A stretch of 45,187 nt of DNA from Bacteriovoracaceae bacterium (GTDB lineage Bacteria; Bdellovibrionota; UBA1018). The position numbers were made by a program, and so were the translations under genes. How positions within the stretch are numbered: the stretch's first letter is position 1; each line of letters opens with the position of its first letter. The notes beneath the pieces were generated by a model. It searched no databases. It was not told where the DNA came from and saw nothing but the letters and a program-made list of their open reading frames with translations. The stretch is from the NCBI GenBank assembly GCA_043759365.1, contig JAYVNB010000097.1, positions 1-45,187 of the forward strand, given 5' to 3'. Below, one piece after another: positions 1-8,297 of this stretch.

Positions 1-150
1 GGCGGCGGCAACTTCGGCGGCGGCAACTTCGGCGGCGGCAACTTCGGCGGCGGCAACTTCGGCGGCGGCAGCTTCGGCGGCGGCAGCTTCGGCGGCGGCA
101 GCTTCGGCGGCGGCAGCTTCGGCGGCGGCAGCTTTGGCGGCGGCAGCTTT
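1..150 (+). repeat. Tandem array of a 15-bp unit (10 complete copies in the window; array runs off the 5' edge)
   Basis: 4x ggcggcggcaacttc (1-60), 4x ggcggcggcagcttc (61-120) and 2x ggcggcggcagcttt (121-150), followed by a degenerate copy ggcggcgggtctggt (151-165). In frame 1 each unit reads GGGNF or GGGSF. Confidence 0.95.
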
Positions 151-468
151 GGCGGCGGGTCTGGTGGAAGCGGGCCGTGGGGAGGTGGTTGGGGTATACC
201 CAATAATTCGGGTGGTTGGAACTCGGGCATCGGGAATCAGAGCTGGATGAACGACGCTTCGTCAGCATCGATGGCGCTCCAGTATCAACGCGCTCAACAG
301 CAGCAGGGAAACTTCATGCTTTCTCAGCAGCAAATGCTGGAAGCGCAATACCGTTACCAGCAGAGCTTGGGCGGGAGTTACGGGTCGGGTGGATACGGCA
401 CGTTTGGGGGGGGCTGGGGTCTCTCGGGCGGCCTCAATGCGGGTGGCTCGGGTGGGTTCAATTTCTGA
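1..468 (+). CDS. Gly/Gln/aromatic-rich low-complexity protein, 5'-partial (start outside window)
   Basis: Frame 1 is open from nt 1 to TGA 466-468; ORF-track entry 247..468 is its C-terminal part. Translation read by eye: (GGGNF)4(GGGSF)6 GGGSGGSGPWGGGWGIPNNSGGWNSGIGNQSW MNDASSASMALQYQRAQQQQGNFMLSQQQMLEAQYRYQQSLGGSYGSGGYGTFGGGWGLSGGLNAGGSGGFNF*. No family recognised. Confidence 0.6.
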   Translation, partial: GGGNFGGGNFGGGNFGGGNFGGGSFGGGSFGGGSFGGGSFGGGSFGGGSFGGGSGGSGPWGGGWGIPNNSGGWNSGIGNQSWMNDASSASMALQYQRAQQQQGNFMLSQQQMLEAQYRYQQSLGGSYGSGGYGTFGGGWGLSGGLNAGGSGGFNF

Positions 469-529
469 CCCATTGGAGACGCTTCAGGCTGAAGGCATAG
501 GTGTCTGCCCTGCTCCTGCTGTGGCACCG

Positions 530-1063
530 ATGGAATCGCATCTGCGTAAGCTTTATCTTCGCCTAGGGCTGTCGGCGATCCTCATCCTTCATCTGCTCTG
601 CTTGATCGTGGCTCCGCAAAGGGACTCCTCGATAGGACGGCTTTTGGGGACTTTCATCGACCCCTATACCCAGTTCTTAGAACTGGAAGTGTCCTGGAGC
701 TTCTTCGCTCCGGAACCAGGCCCTCCTCCGCTCTACATCGAATGGGAGACACTCTCGGACTCGGGAGAGGTTCTGGCGCAAGGGCGATTGCCGGAGTCGC
801 AGGACCCTTATTGGATTCGGGAGCGGCAGAATCGCCGGATTCTCTTGGCTCGATTCATGGCCCAGACGGATCAGCGAACCGAAGGGGTCATGTTACCTTT
901 TCTTTGTAGGACCCATCGGGACGCGCGGTCGGTGAGACTATGGAGAGTGCAATATACGATTCCCGGCATGAGGGAAGTCGCTTCGGGCGACCGTCGGATT
1001 GGTGACGATCGAAATTCGGAGCGGCGTTTGGCTTCCCATAGCTTCTGCCCGGAGTTGAAGTGA
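530..1063 (+). CDS. Hypothetical membrane-anchored protein (possible SdpA-like partner of the downstream HTTM protein)
   Basis: ATG at 530 is codon 48 of ORF 389..1063 and gives MESHLRKLYLRLGLSAILILHLLCLIVAP: a basic N-terminus plus one hydrophobic helix. The soluble part contains WSFFAPEPGPPP. Stop TGA 1061-1063 overlaps the GTG start of the next gene (GTGA). Confidence 0.6.
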   Translation: MESHLRKLYLRLGLSAILILHLLCLIVAPQRDSSIGRLLGTFIDPYTQFLELEVSWSFFAPEPGPPPLYIEWETLSDSGEVLAQGRLPESQDPYWIRERQNRRILLARFMAQTDQRTEGVMLPFLCRTHRDARSVRLWRVQYTIPGMREVASGDRRIGDDRNSERRLASHSFCPELK

Positions 1064-1977
1064 ACCGAGTTTCAACTTGGATTCGAGAAGGCTGGTGCCT
1101 TTGGGAGCGCTTTTGGTTCGAGTCGGCCCGACCGGAGTCATGGGCGCTTTTCCGTTCGGCGCTGGCAGTCCTCCTGTTTCTGTATTTCTTGACCCGAACG
1201 CCTGATCTGATGTTCCTTTACTCGCAGTCGGGCATTCTCCCTACGACGGTCATGGAGCAGGTGATGCCCATGGGGTATCGAATTTCTCTCTTGAACTGGA
1301 TTCAGGCGGATTGGGCGATCTGGACCTGCCATTTTGCGCTCTTGGCTAGTCTGGCAAGCCTGGCGCTGGGTCTATTTCCGGGCCTTGCATCGATTTCAGC
1401 CTTTGTCCTGCACGTTTCATTCATTCACCGCAATATGGCGAGTGGGTACGGAATCGATAGTATCGCGACATTTTTTCTGTTGAACCTCGTGATCGGAGGC
1501 GGTTTACCGGGGTCGACACGGGAATCACTTGGTCTACGGCTCTCCCAGCTCCAGGTCTGCATCATCTATTTCTACTCCGGCATGGAAAAGATTCGGGGTG
1601 CCCAGTGGTGGAAAGGGGAGGCAGTCTGGGACGTGATGGCGAACGCCCAACTTGCCCGCTGGGACTTTTCGTGGATCTCCGGGGTGCCCCTCCTCGTCGC
1701 GGTGGTCACTTGGTCGACCTTGCTTTGGGAGGTTTATTTCCCTGCCCTCATCTGGGTGCGAAAACTTCGTTATCCGATGCTGGTTTTTGGAGTCGTCCTG
1801 CACTTGGGCATCGGAACGGCAATGAGCATTCCTTACTTCGGATCGCTGATGATCTGTTCCTATGCCCTCTTCCTGCGGCGAGAAGACGCACAGAGGGTGA
1901 CTAATTATTCACACATGGTGTGTATTAAAATCCTAAAGGTCTTCCGTCGGTCTCCGATGAGTACAATGTCTGGATAA
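1060..1977 (+). CDS. HTTM-domain (vitamin K-dependent gamma-carboxylase-like) polytopic membrane protein
   Basis: 305-aa multi-helix hydrophobic protein. The N-terminal ARPESWALFRSALAVLLFLYFLTRTPDLMFLYSQSGILP and the later YFYSGMEKIRGAQWWKGEAVWDV fit my recollection of the HTTM/VKG_Carbox pattern. The start is translationally coupled (GTGA) to the upstream ORF. Confidence 0.6.
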   Translation: MNRVSTWIREGWCLWERFWFESARPESWALFRSALAVLLFLYFLTRTPDLMFLYSQSGILPTTVMEQVMPMGYRISLLNWIQADWAIWTCHFALLASLASLALGLFPGLASISAFVLHVSFIHRNMASGYGIDSIATFFLLNLVIGGGLPGSTRESLGLRLSQLQVCIIYFYSGMEKIRGAQWWKGEAVWDVMANAQLARWDFSWISGVPLLVAVVTWSTLLWEVYFPALIWVRKLRYPMLVFGVVLHLGIGTAMSIPYFGSLMICSYALFLRREDAQRVTNYSHMVCIKILKVFRRSPMSTMSG

Positions 1978-2020
1978 GAGGGGAGCTTTGGTGGGCACTC
2001 TCGAATCTCGGACAACTTGG

Positions 2021-2104
2021 CTGAGGACCGCCGTGATCTGCTGATTCGCGTCTGAGGAGACGGGTTTCGGGTACAGCAACAGAGCTTGGCGGTCCTCGGT
2101 TTTT
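2021..2104 (+). terminator. Long-range stem (12 bp including one G-U) closing a 55-nt interior, followed by T5; candidate terminator or structured RNA after the HTTM gene
   Basis: ctgaggaccgcc (2021-2032) is complementary to ggcggtcctcgg (2088-2099), followed directly by ttttt (2100-2104). A small inner hairpin cgtc-tgagga-gacg is present. The interior is atypically long for a simple intrinsic terminator. Confidence 0.35.
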
Positions 2105-2200
2105 ACTTTTCCTCTCCATTTCCCTCCTGACTCACTTATTCCCCCCCCCTCTTCATCCCTGTCTTGCCTTCCCTTACTTCTTTCCTCTTCCAGTCCTCAT
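2099..2200 (+). repeat. Polypyrimidine (C/T) low-complexity tract with a C9 homopolymer
   Basis: By my count only 13 purines occur in 2101-2200. C9 run at 2141-2149. The tract lies in the 246-bp gap upstream of mce. Confidence 0.9.
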
Positions 2201-2223
2201 GGGGTCCGTGAGAAAAGCCGGGT

Positions 2224-2634
2224 ATGGCGTCGCTTAATCACATCGGTATCGCGGTCCAGAATCTTCCTGAGCTCAAGAGGCTTTTTTCACTCCTTGGCTT
2301 CCAGGTGGAGCATACGGAGTCTGTTCCCGACCAGGGTGTGGTGACTCACTTTCTTCCTCTTCCCCGGGAAGCCGGTCATCTCGAGCTTCTCGAAGTGGCT
2401 GATCCTGAGGGTACAGTCGCCAAATTCATCCAGAAGCGCGGACCGGGCATTCATCACCTTTCTTTCCTTTTGAAGAAAGGTGAACTCGATTCACTGTGTC
2501 AGAGTCTTCGGGTGGAGGGGTTTCGAATGATTTACGACGCGCCTCATCTAGGAGCGCATGGGATGCGAATCAATTTCATTCATCCGGCCTCTGCGGGCGG
2601 AATACTTATCGAAGTCATGGAGCCAAAAGACTGA
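2224..2634 (+). CDS. mce: Methylmalonyl-CoA epimerase (VOC/glyoxalase family)
   Basis: 136 aa. LNHIGIAV...GHLELLE...VAKFIQKRGPGIHHLSF...GAHGMRINFIHPASAGGILIEVMEP matches the epimerase pattern throughout. Confidence 0.85.
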   Translation: MASLNHIGIAVQNLPELKRLFSLLGFQVEHTESVPDQGVVTHFLPLPREAGHLELLEVADPEGTVAKFIQKRGPGIHHLSFLLKKGELDSLCQSLRVEGFRMIYDAPHLGAHGMRINFIHPASAGGILIEVMEPKD

Positions 2635-2675
2635 TTGCTGGTTTTCTGCGCTCAGGATAACAATTAGTTAAGTCT

Positions 2676-3434
2676 ATGCCGACCCTTCGTCTCACGCGAG
2701 CCGTCAAAATCATTCTGATTTCTTGCGTTGCAGCCTTCTTCGTCCAGCAGACGATTGACCGGTTTTTCAATGGGAACCTGCTCGGCTGGTTCGCCCTCAT
2801 TCCTTCGACCTTCGTGTTTGACTTCCGTTTCTGGCAGATCATCACTTATTCGTTCCTTCATGGCGATGTGATGCACCTGGCCTTGAACATGATGATGCTC
2901 GTGTTCATCGGCAGTGAGTTGGAAGCCCTTTGGGGAACTGCCCGATTTCTCAGGTATTATTTTGTTTGTGTCGCGAGTGCGGGCGTTTTGTACGTTCTTC
3001 TTCAGACTTTCCTGTGGAAAGAAGGAGCGCTTCAAATCCCGATGGTGGGCGCTTCCGGGGGCCTCTATGGCCTCTTGATGGCCTATGGAATCCTGTTTGG
3101 CGAGCGGGTTCTGCTCTTCATGATGCTGTTCCCGATGAAGGCCAAGCACTTCGTTTGGATTTTGATGGGGATCGAGTTCACGACCAGTGTTTTTTCGGGC
3201 CGTGGGGGGTTGGCTAGCGCAGCTCATTTGGGAGGAATGATCGCTGGCTTCATCTACCTCTGGATTCGTGCTTCGGTTCAAATCGCCCGTCGAAACCGGA
3301 AAGCGGCCCTTCCTGGATCCAAAGCCAAATACCGTCGAAAGACGGGGAGTCACCTTAAATTGATCATTGATAACGAGCGGAACGCCACCGGTTCCGAAGA
3401 GGATCCGGACTCAGGGCCTAAAACCTGGCATTGA
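2676..3434 (+). CDS. Rhomboid family intramembrane serine protease
   Basis: Polytopic membrane protein with FLHGDVMHLALNMM, the catalytic GASGGLYGLL (GxSG) and AHLGGMIAGF (catalytic His) motifs. Confidence 0.85.
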   Translation: MPTLRLTRAVKIILISCVAAFFVQQTIDRFFNGNLLGWFALIPSTFVFDFRFWQIITYSFLHGDVMHLALNMMMLVFIGSELEALWGTARFLRYYFVCVASAGVLYVLLQTFLWKEGALQIPMVGASGGLYGLLMAYGILFGERVLLFMMLFPMKAKHFVWILMGIEFTTSVFSGRGGLASAAHLGGMIAGFIYLWIRASVQIARRNRKAALPGSKAKYRRKTGSHLKLIIDNERNATGSEEDPDSGPKTWH

Positions 3435-3469
3435 CACAGAGTCCCCGCCCGATTTATCTATCCTTCCCT

Positions 3470-3658
3470 ATGACCCTCCTTCACGAAGCCGCTGAATTCA
3501 AAAAAATGGACACTCGCGTCGTAGAGCGCCACCTCGACCGAGGCGTTCTTCAGTCCAAAGATCTCGACAAGGCCTTGAAAGAGCTTCCGGACGATGCAGA
3601 CAATGCAGAATACGTCAGCATCCAGAGCATTGCCGACTCAGATGTCGACAGCCGTTAG
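3470..3658 (+). CDS. Small acidic hypothetical protein
   Basis: ORF 3431..3658; ATG at 3470 (codon 14) gives MTLLHEAAEFKKMDTRVVERHLDRGVLQSKDLDKALKELPDDADNAEY... No family recognised. The alternative TTG start at 3431 overlaps the rhomboid stop. Confidence 0.45.
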   Translation: MTLLHEAAEFKKMDTRVVERHLDRGVLQSKDLDKALKELPDDADNAEYVSIQSIADSDVDSR

Positions 3659-3782
3659 TCGCCCCCAAGTTCGTCACTCAGTCACCGTTCAGCCGGCTGA
3701 TTCGCAGTCTGCTGACTCGAGTGAGAGGCCTTGCGTTTGACCGGCCCTTAAAACCTTTCACCCCAATTGGATCGAGGCAGCT

Positions 3783-4739
3783 ATGTCTCTTGAGCAACCG
3801 TCCCAAGACGGCATTGAATCGGTAACTATATTAGGAACCGGGCCTGCTGGCCTGACTGCGGCCATCTACACTGCCCGCGCCAATCTCAAGCCGTTGGTGG
3901 CTGAAGGCGAGCAGCCTGGCGGGCAACTCACGATCACGAGCGACGTGGAAAATTATCCCGGTTTCTCGGAACCTGTCATGGGTCCCGAGTTGATGACGAG
4001 TTTCCGGAAACAGTCAGAGCGTTTCGGGACCCGTTTCATCCAAGGCAACGTCACGAAAGCAGACTTGTCGAAACGACCATTTGTGCTCGAGTACGGCGAT
4101 GGCCGCAAGGTACGAACCCAGACGTTGATCATCTCGACCGGGGCTTCGGCCAAATGGATGGGGATCCCATCTGAGCGGAAGCTCTTGGGCAAGGGCGTCT
4201 CTTCTTGCGCGACATGTGACGGCTTTTTCTTTCGGAACTTGGACGTTGCGGTCGTTGGCGGGGGAGATACCGCGATGGAAGAGGCCACCTTCCTGACCCG
4301 ATTCGCGAAGACCGTCACGGTGATCCATCGACGCGACTCGCTTCGAGCCAGCAAGATCATGCAGGACAAGGCGATGAAAAATCCGAAGATCAAGTTCATC
4401 TGGAATTCTGCGATCGACGAGATCATGGGTGACAAGGAAGTGACCGGTATCCGGATTCGAAACGTCAATGACGAGAGTGTTCAGGATCTCAAGGTCCAGG
4501 GCGTTTTCGTTGCTATTGGGCATGAGCCGAATACGAGCTTGTTCCGCGGTCAGTTAAACATGGATCCGGCGGGATACCTCGTGACTGAGCCTGGTTCGAC
4601 TCGAACCAATATCCCGGGTGTGTTCGCGGCGGGCGACGTGGCGGACCATACTTACCGGCAAGCGGTGACCGCCGCCGGAACAGGATGCATGGCCGCGATC
4701 GATGCGGAACGCTTCCTCGAAGACAGCGGAGTGCGTTGA
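3783..4739 (+). CDS. trxB: Thioredoxin-disulfide reductase
   Basis: ILGTGPAGLTAAIY (FAD GxGxxG), redox-active CATCDG, VVGGGDTAMEEA (NADPH site) and the C-terminal GVFAAGDV motif. Confidence 0.95.
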   Translation: MSLEQPSQDGIESVTILGTGPAGLTAAIYTARANLKPLVAEGEQPGGQLTITSDVENYPGFSEPVMGPELMTSFRKQSERFGTRFIQGNVTKADLSKRPFVLEYGDGRKVRTQTLIISTGASAKWMGIPSERKLLGKGVSSCATCDGFFFRNLDVAVVGGGDTAMEEATFLTRFAKTVTVIHRRDSLRASKIMQDKAMKNPKIKFIWNSAIDEIMGDKEVTGIRIRNVNDESVQDLKVQGVFVAIGHEPNTSLFRGQLNMDPAGYLVTEPGSTRTNIPGVFAAGDVADHTYRQAVTAAGTGCMAAIDAERFLEDSGVR

Positions 4740-4741
4740 AG

Positions 4742-6346
4742 ATGTCGAAGCCAGAAGGTGGAAGCGGCCAGAACGGGAACCTCGATCAACAAAAGGGGAG
4801 TCCGAAGCAGCAGAAGCCGGAGGCTCCGATCCTGGATCTGAATGAGCAGGTTCAGGTGCGATTCGCCAAGATGGCTCGGATCCGCGAGCGTGGGGAGAAT
4901 CCGTTCAAGAACGGTTTCAAGCCTGCGAACCTGGCGGCCGACCTGCATCGCTCCTATGACGAGAGCCCACGCGAAGATCTCGAAGCCGCTGGGCATCGCG
5001 TCTCGATCGCAGGCCGGATCATGGCGATCCGTGACTTCGGGAAAGCGGGTTTTCTCCAGATCCGAGACCGCACGGGCGTGGTCCAGTTCTATGCCGCCAA
5101 GGACGCCTTGGGTGACGCGGGTCATGCACGTTACAAGGAGCTTGATGTCGGAGATATTGTTTTCGCCGAAGGCAAACTTTTCAAGACCAAGACCAACGAA
5201 CTCGCCATCGCGATCGACAAGCTCGAACTCCTGACCAAGTCGTTGCGTCCCTTGCCCGAGAAGTACCATGGCATCGCGGACGTCGAGATCAAGTACCGTC
5301 AAAGGTACTTGGACTTGATCATGTCGGAAGCGACCAAGGAGACTTTCCGGAAGCGCTCACGCATTGTCGAGGAAGTCCGGCATTTCTTCTCCGAGCAGGG
5401 CTTTATGGAAGTCGAGACACCGATGATGCATTCGATCGTCGGAGGCGCGGCGGCCCGTCCGTTCATCACTCACCACAATACGCTGGGTGTGGACCTGTTT
5501 CTTCGCATCGCCCCGGAGCTCTACTTGAAGCGCCTCGTGGTCGGCGGATTGGAACGGGTCTTCGAAATCAACCGGAACTTCCGGAACGAAGGGATGTCCA
5601 TCAAGCACAATCCCGAGTTCACGATGCTCGAGTTCTACATGAGTTACGCGACTTTCGAAGATCTCATGGATTTGACCGAGCGTTTGTTCCAGCAGATTGC
5701 CGATCGAGTCTTGGAGCGTCGGTTGCTGACCTATCAGGGAACCGAGATCCAGTTGGATGGCCGCTGGGAACGGATCAGCGTCGAGGAGTCGATCCTGAAG
5801 CACTCGGAGTTTAAGGATCGCGCGAAAACGCGGGATCGCGCTGCCTTGCTTGCCTATGGCAAGGAAAAGGGCATCCATATGGATCCCAAGAAAACGACGG
5901 GCGATCTCCTGATGGCGATTTTCGACGCGGAAGTCGAAGCCAAACTGATTCAGCCGACCTTCATCACGCATTATCCGACGGATGTCTCTCCTCTCTCCCG
6001 ATTGAACGATCAAGACTCGTTCATCGTCGATCGATTCGAGCTCTTCATCTATGGTCGCGAGATGGGTAACGCCTTTTCTGAACTGAATGATCCGGTGGAT
6101 CAGAAAGCGCGTTTCCAGTCCCAAGTGGATCAGAAGAATGCTGGGAATGAAGAAGCGAGCGACATGGATGAGGATTACGTCACCGCGTTGGAGTACGGAC
6201 TTCCTCCGACGGCGGGAGAGGGCCTAGGTATTGACCGGATGGTCATGCTTTTCACGGATTCGCCGAGCATCCGCGACGTGATTCTGTTTCCTCAAATGCG
6301 TCCCCAGGCGCAGAATCAAGTCAAGGAGTCCAATCCAACGAAATGA
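4742..6346 (+). CDS. lysS: Lysine--tRNA ligase (class II)
   Basis: ATG 4742 is codon 20 of ORF 4685..6346, 2 nt after the trxB stop. OB-fold N-domain, then class II motifs (FMEVETPMM, ELYLKRLVVGGLERVFEINRNFRNEG, GLGIDRMVMLFT). Confidence 0.95.
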   Translation: MSKPEGGSGQNGNLDQQKGSPKQQKPEAPILDLNEQVQVRFAKMARIRERGENPFKNGFKPANLAADLHRSYDESPREDLEAAGHRVSIAGRIMAIRDFGKAGFLQIRDRTGVVQFYAAKDALGDAGHARYKELDVGDIVFAEGKLFKTKTNELAIAIDKLELLTKSLRPLPEKYHGIADVEIKYRQRYLDLIMSEATKETFRKRSRIVEEVRHFFSEQGFMEVETPMMHSIVGGAAARPFITHHNTLGVDLFLRIAPELYLKRLVVGGLERVFEINRNFRNEGMSIKHNPEFTMLEFYMSYATFEDLMDLTERLFQQIADRVLERRLLTYQGTEIQLDGRWERISVEESILKHSEFKDRAKTRDRAALLAYGKEKGIHMDPKKTTGDLLMAIFDAEVEAKLIQPTFITHYPTDVSPLSRLNDQDSFIVDRFELFIYGREMGNAFSELNDPVDQKARFQSQVDQKNAGNEEASDMDEDYVTALEYGLPPTAGEGLGIDRMVMLFTDSPSIRDVILFPQMRPQAQNQVKESNPTK

Positions 6347-7557
6347 GCGCATCCCCAGTCGCTTTCCTGGCCCGGCGGTTCCTGATGTCCCGCAGCTCGG
6401 ACGGCTTCTTGTCCTTCATCGCTTGGGTGTCGGTGGTGGGGGTGGCGTTGGGTGTGTTGGCCTTGGTCGTGGTCACGAGCGTGATCAACGGTTTCGAGGG
6501 AGAGCTTATCCGGGTAATCACCGGAATGAACGGCGACGTGGTCCTTTACTCGCGGGCCGATCCGATCTCGGATGCGAAGAAGATCGAAGAGAAGATCCGT
6601 CGCGCAGTTCCTGAAACGCAAGCAGTCACTGCTTCTTTCATTTCTGAGCTCATGGCCGCGGGTCCGACTTCGGTCGCGGGTGTGGTGGTCGAGGGTCTCG
6701 ATCTCGGTACGGTCGGGGATGTGACCGTCATCCCGAAGCGCATCATCGCCGGACGCTTGCCTCAAGGGGATGATGAAGTGGTTTTGACAAGCGCGCTGGC
6801 CGAAAAGCTGGGAGTGCAGGTCGGCAATGAGATTCGGCTGATTGCGCCGTTCGTGGGAGAAGGAGGGGCGGAGGCTCCAAAAGCTCTTCAGGTCGGAGTG
6901 GTCGGTATCGCCCGGATGGGCATGTACGAGTACGACTCGAAATTCGTTTTCGCGACGATTCAAGGGGTGCAACGCTTCTTGGGCCAGCCGGGTCGGGTGA
7001 CCTCCTTCAAGATCAAGTTGGCGCCAGGGACCGACTCAAGAAAAGCTTCCGACAGATTGAGCGAGAATTTCGGATACCCGTTCCGCGCCAAGGACTGGGG
7101 TCAACTGAACAAGAACCTGCTCTACGCGATCCAACTTGAAAAAGCGGTGATCGCGATCATCCTGACCATCATCGTAATCGTGGCTGCGTTCAACGTGGTG
7201 AGCACCTTGATGATGATGATTCACGACAAAACGCGGGAGATCGCGATACTCAAAGCCATGGGATTCAAGCCCTCCCAGAGTTTTCGACTTTTTTGCATGG
7301 TGGGCATGGGAATCGGAACGGTCGGCACCGGGGTCGGGATCGGACTGGGTCTGGGGATCAATGAGATCCTGAGCCGATTCCGATTCATCGAGCTCCCGCC
7401 GGACATCTACTATATCGGCTACCTTCCAGTAGTGACCCATTGGCACGAGATCTATTGGATAGGAGGACTCGCCTTGGCCATCACTTTTGCGGCAACTCTC
7501 TATCCAGCCCTGAAAGTTTCCCATCGGGCGCCCTTGGATGGTTTAAGATACGACTGA
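6343..7557 (+). CDS. lolC: Lipoprotein-releasing ABC transporter permease, LolC/E family (single copy)
   Basis: N-terminal FLARRFLMSRSSDGFLSFIAWVSVVGVALGV, a large periplasmic loop and a C-terminal FtsX-like 3-TM bundle. ATGA overlap with the lysS stop. It is followed by lolD. The C versus E assignment cannot be made by eye. Confidence 0.85.
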   Translation: MSASPVAFLARRFLMSRSSDGFLSFIAWVSVVGVALGVLALVVVTSVINGFEGELIRVITGMNGDVVLYSRADPISDAKKIEEKIRRAVPETQAVTASFISELMAAGPTSVAGVVVEGLDLGTVGDVTVIPKRIIAGRLPQGDDEVVLTSALAEKLGVQVGNEIRLIAPFVGEGGAEAPKALQVGVVGIARMGMYEYDSKFVFATIQGVQRFLGQPGRVTSFKIKLAPGTDSRKASDRLSENFGYPFRAKDWGQLNKNLLYAIQLEKAVIAIILTIIVIVAAFNVVSTLMMMIHDKTREIAILKAMGFKPSQSFRLFCMVGMGIGTVGTGVGIGLGLGINEILSRFRFIELPPDIYYIGYLPVVTHWHEIYWIGGLALAITFAATLYPALKVSHRAPLDGLRYD

Positions 7558-7558
7558 G

Positions 7559-8257
7559 ATGAATCTAACCCCATCGGCTCAACCTCTTTTCGTCGCTCAG
7601 GGCATCAAGAAGTCCTTTTTCAAGGCAAAAGCCGAGATCGCGGTCATCCGCGGGGTGGATTTGACCATCCATACGGGTGAAATGGTGGCGATCACTGGGG
7701 CCAGCGGAGTAGGCAAGAGCACTTTGCTTCATGTCCTGGGAACACTGGAGACTCCTAGTGCGGGAAAAGTCCTGTTCGGGGAAAAAATGCAGGACCTTTT
7801 CTCGTTCTCGGAGAAGGCGCTTTCGTCCTTCCGGAATCGGGCCTTGGGGTTCGTTTTCCAGTTCCATTATCTCCTGCCCGAGTTCACCGCTCTCGAGAAC
7901 GTGATGATGCCTGCCTTGATTGCGGGGTACCCGGAAGGCCAGGCTCGAAAGCAGGCGCAGGAGCTCCTCGAGTTCGTCGGGCTCTCCCATCGCTTGACCC
8001 ACCGTCCGAGCGAACTTTCAGGAGGGGAGCAGCAGCGCGTCGCGATCGCGCGTGCAGTGATCCTGCGTCCGCGGATCATTTTAGCCGATGAACTCACCGG
8101 AAACTTGGACTCGGTCAACAGCGCAAACATCATGGACCTGCTCATTCGCTTGAACCAATCGACTGGCGTCGCTATCCTGCTCGTCACCCATGACCTGCAA
8201 CTCGCAGCTCGGATGCACCGCGTTCTTCGGATGAAGGATGGAGTTTTCGTCAGTTAA
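7559..8257 (+). CDS. lolD: Lipoprotein-releasing ABC transporter ATP-binding protein
   Basis: Walker A GASGVGKST, signature LSGGEQQRVAIARA, Walker B ILADELTGNLD. Starts 1 nt after the permease stop. Confidence 0.9.
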   Translation: MNLTPSAQPLFVAQGIKKSFFKAKAEIAVIRGVDLTIHTGEMVAITGASGVGKSTLLHVLGTLETPSAGKVLFGEKMQDLFSFSEKALSSFRNRALGFVFQFHYLLPEFTALENVMMPALIAGYPEGQARKQAQELLEFVGLSHRLTHRPSELSGGEQQRVAIARAVILRPRIILADELTGNLDSVNSANIMDLLIRLNQSTGVAILLVTHDLQLAARMHRVLRMKDGVFVS

Positions 8258-8297
8258 TCGATTGACTTACCTAAGCGCTCCTCCTAGAAATTGACGA

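Noticed and set aside
1-165. Short direct repeats that might suggest a CRISPR array
   Set aside because: The units are 15 bp and contiguous with no spacers. They are in frame with an open reading frame, so this is a coding tandem repeat.
216-500. 94-aa ORF in an alternative frame overlapping the Gly-rich ORF
   Set aside because: The sequence is not protein-like (Arg/Trp/Gly-rich read-through of a GC-rich repeat region) and has no motif. Frame 1 is open from the window edge and gives a regular repeat structure.
3689-3700. Perfect 12-nt palindrome tcagccggctga upstream of trxB
   Set aside because: Roughly ten such 12-nt palindromes are expected by chance in a 45-kb window, and there is no second copy or known operator consensus.
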